From assembly GCF_009914755.1 (NCBI RefSeq), contig NC_060940.1: a DNA stretch of 64,000 nucleotides. One strand, written 5' to 3'. Below the pieces are notes generated by a model. That model had not been told where the DNA came from, did no database searches, and saw only the letters and a program-made list of their open reading frames with translations. This document shows positions 25,386 to 38,300 of this stretch, piece by piece (position 1 is the stretch's first letter; the number at the start of each line of letters is the position of its first letter). This DNA comes from the human T2T-CHM13v2.0 reference genome, Homo sapiens. The position numbers were made by a program, and so were the translations under genes.

Positions 25386-28105
25386 TTCCATTTGATGATG
25401 TTTCTCTTGTATTCCATTGGATAATTCCTTTCAGTTCCCTTCGATGATTATTCTTTCGAGTCAATTCGATGATTCTATTCCATTCCCTTCGATGATGATT
25501 CCATTTCACTCCATTTGATGATTCCATTCGACTCAATTTGGTGATGATTCAATTCGATGACATTCGATGACTCCATTCAATTTCATTTGATGATGATTAC
25601 ATTCGAGTCCATTTGATGATTGTATTCCTTTCCTTTTGATGATTATTCCATGCGTGTCTATTCAAAGGTTCCATTCTATTCCATTCAATGATGATTGCAT
25701 TTGATTCCATTCAATGATTATGGCTATCGATTCCACTCGTTGATTCCATTTGATTCCGTTCGATGATTATTCCGTTAGATTCCATTAGAAGATTCCATTC
25801 GATTTTATTCAATGATTCCAATGGATTCCATTCAATGATGATTCCATTCGACTCCATTCAGTGATTCCATTCGAGTCCATTTGATGATTCCATTCTTTTC
25901 CATTTGATGATGATTCCATTAGGGTCCATTCAATGATTCCATTCGAGTCCATTCGTTAATGCCTTTCGAGTCCTTTTGATCACTACATTCGAGTCCATTC
26001 AATGATTCTATTCGATTCCATTCCATGATGATTCCATTCGAGTTCATTCGATGATTGCATTCGAGTCCATTTGATGATTCCATATGATTCCATTCGACAA
26101 TGATTCCATTCGTGTCCATTTGATGATTCCATTCATTTCCTATCGATGAAGATTCCATTCAAGTGTATTCGATGATTCCATTCAAATCCATTCGATGATG
26201 ATTCCATTCCAGTCCATTCGATCATTCCACTTGATTCCATTTGATGACTATTCCATTCAAATCCATTTGATGATTCCATTCGATTCCATTCGATGTTACC
26301 ATTCGAGTATATACGATGATTCCACTCGATTCCATTTGATGATTATTCCATTGGAGTCCACTTAGTGAATCCTTTAGATTCTACTGGAAGATGATTCCAT
26401 TCGAGTCCATTCGATGATACCATTCAATTCCATTCGTTGATGCTTCCATTCAAGTGCATTCGATGATATCATTCGATTCCATTTGATGATAATTCCATTT
26501 GATTCCATGCGATGATTCTATTCGATTCCATTCAATGATAATTCCATTCAATTCAGTGATTCCTCTGGACTCCATTTGATGATGATTCCATTCAATGATT
26601 CCATTCGATTCTATTCGAAAATGATTCCATTTGAATCCATTTGATGATGATTCCATTGGATTCCATTTGATGATTCCATTCGATTCCATTCGATGATGAT
26701 TCCATTCGATTCCTTTTGATGAATCCATTCTATTGTATTCGATGATGATTCCATTCGATTCCATTCGATGATGATTGGATTCGATTCCATTTGATGATTT
26801 CATTTGATTCCATTCGATAAGGATTTCGATCAACTCCATTCAATGATTCCATTCGATTCCATTCGATAATGATTACATCCGAGTCCATTCGATGATTCCA
26901 TTTGAGCCCGTTAGATAATTCCATTTGAGTCCAATCAATGATTCCATTCATTTCCATTCAATGATTCCATTCGAGTCCATTTGATCATTCCGGTAGGGTC
27001 CGTTCGATGTTGATTCCATTGGAGTGCCTTCGATGATTCCATTCGAGTCCATTTTATGATTTGATTCGAGTCCTTTCGATGATTCCATTCGATTCCACTC
27101 GATGATTTCATTCGAGTCCATTCGACACTTCCAATCGATTCCATTTGATGTTTCCATTCGATTCCAATTGATGATTCCATTCAATTCCATTCGATGATGA
27201 TTCCGTACGATTCCATTCTGTGATGATTCCATGTGATTGCATTCAATGATGATTCCTTTCGATTGCATTCGATTATGATTCATTTCGTGTTCATTCTATG
27301 GTTCCACAGGTTTCCATTCGATGATGTTTCCATTCGTGTCCATTCCATTATTCCATTCTATTCCATTTGAAGATGATTCCATTCGATTCCATTCATTGGT
27401 GATTCCACTCAATTCCATTCAATGATTCCATTCCATTTCTTTCAACAATGATTCCATTAGTTTCTATTCGATGATCCACTTGATTCCATTTGACGATGAT
27501 TCCATTCATGTCCATTCGATGATTCCATTTGATTCCATATGATGATGATTCCATTCGATTCCATACGATGATGATTCCATTCGAGTCCATTCAATGGTGA
27601 TTCCATTCAATTCCATTCGATGATTCCTTTCGATTCCATTCAATGATGATGGCATTCGATTCCTTTCGATCATTCCCTTTGATTCCATTCAAAGGTGATT
27701 TCATTCAAGTCCATTCGATAATTGCATTCGATTCCATTCTATGATGATTCCATTCGAGTCCATTTGATGATTCCATTCAATTCAAGTCAATGATGATTCC
27801 ATTCGATTCCACTCGATGATTCCATTGGATTCCATTCGATGATGATTCCATTCAAATCCATTCGATAATTCAATTCAAGTCCATTCGATGATGATTCCAA
27901 TCGAATCCATTCAAAGATTCCACTCAATTCCATTCGATGATGATTCCCTTAGATTCCATTCGATGATTCCACTTGATTCCATTTACGATGATTCCATTCG
28001 ATTCCACGTGATGATTCCATTCAATTCTATTCAATGATGTTTCCACTTGATTCCATTCGAACATGATTGCCTTTGATTCCATTCAATGATTCCATACGGT
28101 TCCAT
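22190..28105 (+). repeat. About 4.13-kb periodic segment (jump-back at about 24,475)
   Basis: ORF pairs 22320/26450 and 22805/26935 are offset 4,130; 23266/27393 is offset 4,127. Confidence 0.85.
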
Positions 28106-29350
28106 TTGATGATGATTCCATTCGAGTCCATTCGATGATTCCATTAGAGTACATTTAATGATTGCTTTGTTTTCAATTCGAAGATGATTACATTGGATTC
28201 CATTCTATGATACCATTCGATTCCATTCAATGATGATTCCACTCAAATCCATTGGATGATTCCATTCGTGTCCATTCGGTGATTTCATTAGATTCCATTC
28301 GAGGATGATTCCATTCGATTCCATTCGATGATTCCATTCAATTCCATTCGATGATGATTCCATTCCAGTCCATATGATCATTCCATTTGATTTCATTCGA
28401 TGATGATTCCATTCGATTCCATTCGATGATTCCATTCAATTCCATTCTCCGATGATTTCTTTTGAGCCCATTCAATGCTTCCACTCGATTCCATATGATG
28501 ATGACTCCATTTGATGAAATTCCATGATGATTCCATTCGCTTGCATTCGATGATGATTCCACTTGAGTCCGTTAGAAGATTCTATTCAATTACATTCCAT
28601 GACGATTCTGTTCGAGTCCATTTGATGATTCCATTAGACTCCATTCGACGATGATTCCATTCGATGTTATTCGATGATGATTCCATTCAACTCCATTCGA
28701 TGTTTCCATTCGAGTTCATTCTATTATTCCATTAGATTCCATTCGATGATGATTCCATTCGATTCCATTTGATGATTGCATTCTATTTCATTTGATGATG
28801 ATTCCATTCGAGTCCATTCGATGATTCCATTCGAGTCCATTTAATGAATCCATTGGTTTCAATTCTATGATGATTACATTGGATTCCATTCGTTGATGAT
28901 TTCATTCGATTCCATTCAATGATGATTCCATTCAATTCCATTCAATGATTCCATTCAATTCCATACGATGATGATTCCATTTGATTTGATTCGACAGTGA
29001 GCCATTCGATTCAATTCCATGATGATTCTATTTGATTCAATTGGTTGACATTTCCATTCGATTCCATTCGATGATGATTCCATTTGATTCCATTCAAACA
29101 TGATTCCATTCTAGCCCATTCAATCATTCCATTCGATTCTATTCAATGATGATTCCATTCATGTCGATTTGGTGATTCCATTTGACTTCATTTGATGATG
29201 ATTCCTTTCAAGTTCATTAGATGATTCCATTCGATTCCATTTGATGATGATCCCATTCGAGTCCATTCAGTGATTCCACTCGTTTCCATTCCATGATGAT
29301 TCCATTCCATTCCATTCAATGATTCCATTCAATTCCGTTTGATGATGATT

Positions 29351-32300
29351 CCATTAGAGTCCATTTAATGATTCCATTTGATTCCAGTCTCTGATGTTTA
29401 CATTCGAGTCCATACGATGATTCCACTCAATTCCATATGATGATGATTCCATTCGATTCCATTCGATGATTCCATTCTATTCTATTCAATGGTGATTCCA
29501 TTCGAGTACATTAGATGATTCCATTCGATTCCATTCAATGATGATTCTACTTGTGTCCCTTAGATGATTCCACATGATTCCATTAGATGATGATACTATT
29601 TGAGCCCATCCAATGATTCCCTTCGATTCCATTCGATGAGGATTCCATTCGATTCAATTCATTGGTGATTCTATTCAATTCAATTCTTTGATTCCATTCC
29701 ATTCCATTCGACAATGATTCCATTCGATTTCTTTCGATGATTCCACTCGATTTCACTTGACATTGATTCCATTCGATTCCATTCAATGATTCCATTTGAT
29801 TCCAGTGGATGATTATTGCCGTCGATTCCATTCGATCACTCCATTCTGTTCCATTTGATGATGATTACATTCGATTCCATTTGATGATTCCATCTGATTC
29901 TATTCGAGGATTCCATTTGATTCCATTCGATGATGATTCCATTCGAGTCCATTCGATGGTTTCATTCGAGTACATCCAATGATTCCATTCGAGTCCATTT
30001 GATGATTCCATTTCATTCCATTTGATTATGATTCTACTAGAGTCCATTCAATGACTCCATTCGAGTCCATTCAACAGTTCCATCCGAGTCCATTCGATGA
30101 TTCCATTCGATTCCATTTGATGATTCCATTCGAGTCCATTTAATCATTACAGTCGAGTCCATTTGGTGATTCCACTGGATTTCTTTTGATAATGATACCA
30201 TTCAATTACATTTGATGATGATCCCATTCAATTTCATTTGATGATGATTCCATTAGAGTCCATTCCATGATTTCATTCGAGTCCCTTCATTGATTCCATC
30301 CGATTTCATTTCATGATGACTCCATTCGAGTCCATTCGATGATTCCACTCGATTCCTTTAGATGATTCCATTGGAGTCCATTTGATTGTTCCATTCGATT
30401 CCATTCGATTCCTTTCGAAGATTATTCCATTTGAGTCCATTCGATGATGATTCCATTCCATTCCATTCGATGATTCCGTTTGATTCCATTCGATGATTCC
30501 CTGCGATTCCTTTCTATGATGATTCCATTCCATTCCATTCAATGATTCCATTCGAATGTATTCCATGATGATTCCTTTCGATTCCATTCGCTGATGTTTC
30601 CGTTCAATTCCATTCGATGATGATTCCATTCGATTCCATTCATTGAGGATTCCATTGGATTCCATTCAATGATGATTCCATTCTATTCCATTCAATGATT
30701 GCATTCAATTCCATTCAATGATTATGCCATTAGAGTAAATTCAACGATTCCATTCAATACCATTCGATGATGATTCCTTTTGAGTCCATTCAATGATTTC
30801 ATTCAAGTCCATTTGATGATTCCTTTCAATTCCATTCCATGATGATTCCATTCGAGTCCATTCGATGATTCCATTCGATTGCATTCGATGATTCCATTAT
30901 ATTCCATTCAACGATGATTCCATTCGAGTCCATTCGATGATTCCATTAGAGTACATTTAATGATTGCTTTGTTTTCAATTCGAAGATGATTACATTGGAT
31001 TCCATTCTATGATTCCATTCGATTGCATTCATTGATGATTCCACCCAATTCCATTCGATGATGATTCCATTCGATTTCAATGATTCTACTCGATTCCATT
31101 CAATGATGATTCAATTCTATTCCGTTTGATGATTCCATTAGATTCCATTCTATGATGATTCCATTCGAGTCCATTCGAAGATTTCATTCGATTACATTCC
31201 ATGACGATTCCATTCGAGTCCATTCGATGATTCCATTTGAATCCATTCGACGATGATTCCATTTGATGCTATCCGATGATTCCATTGGATTCCATTCGAT
31301 GATGATTCCATTCGACTTGATTTGATGTTTCTATTTGAGTCCATTCGGTTATTTTATTAGACTACATTCGATGATGATTCCATTCGATGCCATTCAATGA
31401 TTCCATTTGATTCCACTCAATGATGATTGCATTCGTGTCCATTCGATGATTCCATTTGGTTCCATTTGATGATGATTCCATTCGAGTCCATTCGATGATA
31501 CCATTCAATTCCATTCGATGATCATTCCATTCGAATCCATTTGATGATTCCACTCAATTCCATTTGATGACTCCTTTCATTCCCATTCGATGATTCCCTT
31601 CAGTTCCAATTGGATGATCTTTCCATTTGATTCAATATGGTGACTCCATTCTATTATATTCAATGATGATTCCATTCGACTCCATTAGATGATGACTCCA
31701 TTCCATTCCATTCGATTGTGATTTCATTCGATTCCATTCGAAGATGATTCCATTCGAGTCCATTTGATGATTCCATTCGATTCCATTCAATGATGATTCC
31801 ACTCAAATCCATTGGATGATTCCATTCGTTTCCAATTGGTGATTTCATTAGATTCCATTCGAGGATGATTCTATTCGAGTCCATTCAATGATTCCATTGG
31901 ATTCCGTTTGATAATGATTCCATTAGAGTTCATTCGATGATTCCCTTCGAGTCCATTCGATTATTTCTTTTGATTCCATTTGATGATGATTCCATTCGAT
32001 TCCATTCAATGATTCCATTCCATTCCATTCGATGATGATTCCATTCGATAATGATTACATTCGAGCCCATGTGATGATTCCATTAGATTCTATTCAATGA
32101 TGATTCCATTCGACCACATTCGATGATGGCATTCGAGTCCATTCGATGATTTCACTCGATTCCACTTGATGATGATTCCTTTTGAGTCCATTTGATGATT
32201 ACATTCGAGTCCATGAGATGACTCCATTCGATTCCATTTCATGATGATGCAATTCGAGGCTATTCGATCATCCCATTTTAGTGCATTCGGTGATTCTCTT

Positions 32301-35300
32301 TTATTACATTCGATGAGGGCTCCATTCGAGTCCATTCAATGATTCCATTAGATTCCACTCGATGATGATTCCATTTGAGTCCATTCAAAGATTCCTTTCG
32401 AGTCCATTCGATAATTCTATTGGATTCCACTAGGTGATGATTCCTTTCGAGTCAATTCGATGATTCCTTTCAAGTGCCTTCAATGATTCCATTCGATTCC
32501 ATTCGATGACGATTCATTTCAAGTCCATTCAATGGTTCCATTCTGTTGAATTTGATGGTTCCATTTGATTCCATTCGATGATGATTCCATTCGTGTCCAT
32601 TGGATGATTCCATTCGATTCCTTTCGAGGAAGATTCCATTCGACTCCATTCGATGATTCCGTTCGATTCCATTCCATGATGATTCCATTTGATTCCATTC
32701 CATGATTCCATTCGATACCATTCGATGATGATTCCATTCGACTCCATTTGATGAATCCATTCAATGCTTCCATTCGAGTCCATTCGATGATTCCATTCGA
32801 TTCCATTCCATGAAGATTCCATTCGAGTACATTTGATGATTCCATTTAATTCCATAGGATGATGATTCTATTAGGGTCCGTTGACTATTCCATTCAATTC
32901 CATTCGAAGACTCCATTCGAGTCCACTCGATGATTCTATTTGATTCCATTTGATAATTCCATTCGATTCCATTTGATGTTGATTCCATTCGAGTCCATTC
33001 GATCATTATTACATTTGATTCTATTCGATGATTCCATTCGATTCCATTTGATGAGGATTCCATTCGAGACCATTTGATGATTCCATTCAATTCCATTGGA
33101 TGATTCCAATATTTTCCATTAGATGATGATTCCATTCGATTCCATTCAATGATGATTCCATCAGAATCCATTCGATGATGACTCCTTTTGCTTCCATTCA
33201 ATGATCATTACATTCGGTTCCATTCGATGATGATTCCTTTGGATTCCATTCGATGATGCTTCCATTCGATTCCATTTGATGATGATTCTTTTCGATTCCA
33301 TTTGATGATGATTCCATTTGATTCCATTCGATGGTGATTCCATTTGATGATTCCATTCGATTGTATTCGATGATGATTCCACTCGATTCTATTTGATGAT
33401 GACTGCATTCGATTCCATTTGATGATTCCATTTGATTCCATTCGATGATGATTCTGATCAATTGCATTCGATGATCCATTCGATTCCATTTGATGGTTCC
33501 ATTTGATTCCATTTGATAATGATTCCTTTCGAGTCCATTCGATGATTCCATTTGCGGATATTCGATAATTCCATTTGAGTCCAACCGATGATTCCATTCG
33601 AGGCCATTCAATCATTCTTTTTGAGTCCTTTCGATAAAGATTCCATTTTAGTCCATTCAATAATTCCACTGGAGTCCATTCGATGATTGCTTTTAATTCC
33701 ATTCGATGATATTCCATTCGAGTCCATTCGATGATTCCATTCGTTGCTATTAGATGATGATTCCATTCATGACCATTTGGTGATTCCATTCGATTTCATT
33801 CGTTGATGATTCCATTCGAGTCCATTCCATGATTCCATTCAAGTCCATTTGATGATTTCTTTGAATTCAATTCGATGATGATTCCATTCGAGTCCATTCG
33901 ATGATTCCATTCAGTTCCATTCGATGATGATTCCTTTCGAGACCATATGATGATTCCATTTGATTTCATTCGATGATGATTCCATTCGATTCCATTCGAT
34001 GATTCCATTCTATTCCATTCGATGATGATTCCATTCGAGTCCATTTAATGATTCCATTGGGTTCAATTCAATGATGATTACATTGGATTCTCTTCTATGA
34101 TACCATTCAATTCCGTTCATTGACAATTTGATTCCATTCGATGATGATTCCATTTGAGTTCATTCGATGATTCTATTCGATTCTCTTCGATGGTGATTCA
34201 ATTCTATTATATTGGATGATTCCATTCGATTCCATTTGATGTTGATTCAATTCGATTCTATTCGATGATGATTCCATTGGATTTCATTTGATGATTCTAT
34301 TCGATTCCATTCAATGATGATTCACTTCTCGTCCATTGGATGATTCCATTTCATTCCATTCGATGATGATTCCATTCGATTCCATTCGATGATTCCATTT
34401 GATTCCATTCGACGGTGAGCAATTCGATTCAATTCCATGATGATTCTATTTGATTCAGTTAGATGATGTTTCCATTCGAATCCATTCCATGATTATTCCA
34501 TTGGAATCCATTCGGCGATGATTCCATATGAGTCAATTCAATGATGCTTCCATATGGGTCAGTTCGATGATAATTCCATTTGATTTCATTCGATGCTTCT
34601 ATTCAATTCCAGTCGATGATGATTCCGTTGGAGTCCATACGATGACTCCATTTGATTTCATTTGATGATGATTCCATTCGATTCCATTCGATGACTCCAT
34701 TCTGTTCCATTCGATGATGATTCCATTCGAGTCCATTCGATGATTCCATTCGAGTCCATTTCATGATTCCATTGGGTTCAATTCGATGATGATTACACTG
34801 GATTCCATTCTATGATTCCATTCAATTCCATTCGTTGATGATTCGATTCCATTCAATGATGATTCCATTTGAGTTCATTCGATGATTCTATTCGATTCCG
34901 TTCGATGGTGATTCAATTCTATTATATTGGATGATTCCATTCGATTCCATTTGATGATGATTCCATTCGATTCCATTCGATGATGATTCCATTTGATTCC
35001 ATTTGATGTTGATTCTATTCGATTCTATTCAATGATGATTCCATTCGATTTCATTTGATGATTCTATTCGATTCCTTTCGATGATTCTATTCCATTCCAT
35101 TCGATGATGATTCAATTCTCTTCCATTGGATGATTCCATTTTATTCCATTCGACGATGACTCCATTTGATTCCATTCAATGATGATTCCATTCGATTCCA
35201 TTCGGTGATTCCATTTGATTCCATTCGACGGTGAGCAATTTGATTCAATTCCATAATGATTCTATTTGATTCAATTAGATGATGTTTCCATTCGAATCCA

Positions 35301-38300
35301 TTCGGTGATGATTCCATTGGTATCCATTCGACGATGATTCCATATGAGTCAATTCGATGATGATTCCATACGAGTCCGTTGGATGATAATTCCATTTGAT
35401 TTCATTCATTCCTTCTATTCGATTCCACTTGATGATGATTCCATCTGAATCCATTCTCCGATTCCATTCGATTTCATTCGATGCTTCTATTTGATTTCAT
35501 TCGAAGATGATTCCTTTCAATTCCGTTCATTAATTCCATTTGATTCCATTCGATGATGATTCCATCCGATTCCATTGGATGATGATTCCATTCGAGTCCA
35601 TTCGATGATTCCGTTCTAATCCATTCTATGATTCCATTCGAGTCCATTCGATGATTCCATTCGATTCCATTCAGTGATGATTCCATTTGATTCCATCTGA
35701 TGATGATTTCATTTGATTCCATTCGATGATGATTCCATTGGAGTCCATTGAATGATTCAATTCAATTCCATTCCATGTGGATTCCATTCGAATTCATTCG
35801 ATTATTCCATTCAAATCCCTTCGTTGATTCCATCTGATTCCACTTGACGATGATTCCATTCAAGTCCAATCGATGATTCCATTCGGTTCCATTCAATGAT
35901 TCCATTCGAGTCCATTTATGTATTATATTCGTGTCCACTTGATGACTCCATTCAATTCCATTTAATGATGATTCCATTTGATTCCATTTGATGATTCAGT
36001 TCGATTCCTTACAATGATTCCCTACGATTCCTTTCTATGATGATTCCATTCGATTCCATTCATTGATGATTCCATTCGACTCCATTCAATGATGATTCCT
36101 TTCGATTCCATTTGACGATGTTTCCATTTGAGTCCATTCGATGATGATTCCATTGGTATCCATTCGACGATGATTCCATATGAGTCAATTCGATGATGAT
36201 TCCATACGAGTCCGTTGGATGATAATTCCATTTGATTTCATTCAATCCTTCTATTCGATTCCATTTGATGATGATTCCATCTGAATCCATTCTCCGATTC
36301 CATTCGATTTCATTCGATGCTTCTATTTGATTTCATTCGAAGATGATTCCTTTCAATTCCATTCATTAATTCCATTTGATTCCATTCGATGATGATTCCA
36401 TCCGATTCCATTGGATGATGATTCCACTCGAGTCCATTCGATGATTCCGTTCTAATCCATTCTATGATTCCATTCGAGTCCATTCGATGATTCCATTCGA
36501 TTCCATTCAGTGATGATTCCATTTGATTCCATCTGATGATGATTTCATTTGATTCCATTCGATGATGATTCCATTGGAGTCCATTGAATGATTCAATTCA
36601 ATTCCATTCCATGTGGATTCCATTCGAATTCATTCGATTATTCCATTCAAATCCCTTCGTTGATTCCATCTGATTCCACTTGACGATGATTCCATTCAAG
36701 TCCAATCGATGATTCCATTCGGTTCCATTCAATGATTCCATTCGAGTCCATTTATGTATTATATTCGTGTCCACTTGATGACTCACTCCATTCAATTCCA
36801 TTTAATGATGATTCCATTTGATTCCATTTGATGATTCAGTTCGATTCCTTACAATGATTCCCTACGATTCCTTTCTATGATGATTCCATTCGATTCCATT
36901 CATTGATGATTCCATTCGACTCCATTCGATGATGATTCCTTTCGATTCCATTTGACGATGTTTCCATTTGAGTCCATTCGATGATGATTCAATTCAGTTC
37001 TGTTCTATTATGAATCCATTCGATTTCATTCAATGCTTCTATTTGATTCCATTCGACGATGATTCCATCTCTTTCCCTTCGATGATTCCATTTGATTCCA
37101 TTCAGTGATGATTCCATTTGATTCCATCTGATGATGATTTCACTTGATTCATTTCAATGATGATTCCATTCAAGTCCATTCGATGATTCCATTGGAGTCC
37201 AAACGATCATTCCATTCGATTCCATTCAATGATGATTCCATTCATGTCCATTCAATGAATCCTTTCAATTCCATTCGATGATGACTCCATTCGAGTACAT
37301 TCGATGATTCCATTTGATTCCATCTGATGATGATTACATTCAATTCCATTCGAAGATGATTCCATTCAATTCCACTTGATGATGATTCCGTATGAATCCA
37401 TTCGCTGATTATTCCATTCGATTCCATTCATTGACGATTCCATTCGATTCCATTCAATGATGATTCTCTTCTATTGCATTCGATGATTCCGTTCGATTCC
37501 ATTCGATGATGATTCCATTAGATTCCATTCGATTGTTGCATTCGATTCCCTTCGATGATGATTCCTTTGAATTCCATTCGATTATGATTCCGTATGAATC
37601 CATTTGATGATTATTCCATTGGATTCCTTTCGATGATGATTCCATTCGATTCCATTTGATGATGTTTCTCATGTATTCCATTTGATAATTCCTTTCAATT
37701 CCCTTCGATGATGATTCTTTCGAGTCAATTCGATGATTCTATTCCATTCCCTTCGATGATGATTCCATTTCACTCCATTCGATGATTCCATTCGATTCAA
37801 TTTGGTGATGATTCAATTCGATGACATTCGATGACTCCATTCAATTTCATTTGATGATGATTACATTCGAGTCCATTTGATGATTGTATTCCTTTCCTTT
37901 TGATGATTATTCCATTCGTGTCTATTCAAAGATTCCATTCTATTCCATTCAACGATGATTCCAATTGATTCCATTCAATGATTATGGCTATCGATTCCAC
38001 TCGTTGATTCCATTTGATTCCATTCGATGATTATTCCGTTAGATTCCATTAGGAGATTCCATTCGATTTTATTCAATGATTCCAATTGATTCCATTCAAT
38101 GATGATTCCATTCGACTCCATTCAGTGATTCCATTTGAGTCCATTTGATGATTCCATTCGAGTCCATTTGGTGATTCCATTCTTTTCCATTTGATGATGA
38201 TTCCATTAGGGTCCATTCAATGATTCCATTCGAGTCCATTCGTTAATGCCTTTCGAGTCCTTTTGATCACTACATTCGAGTCCATTCAATGATTCTATTC

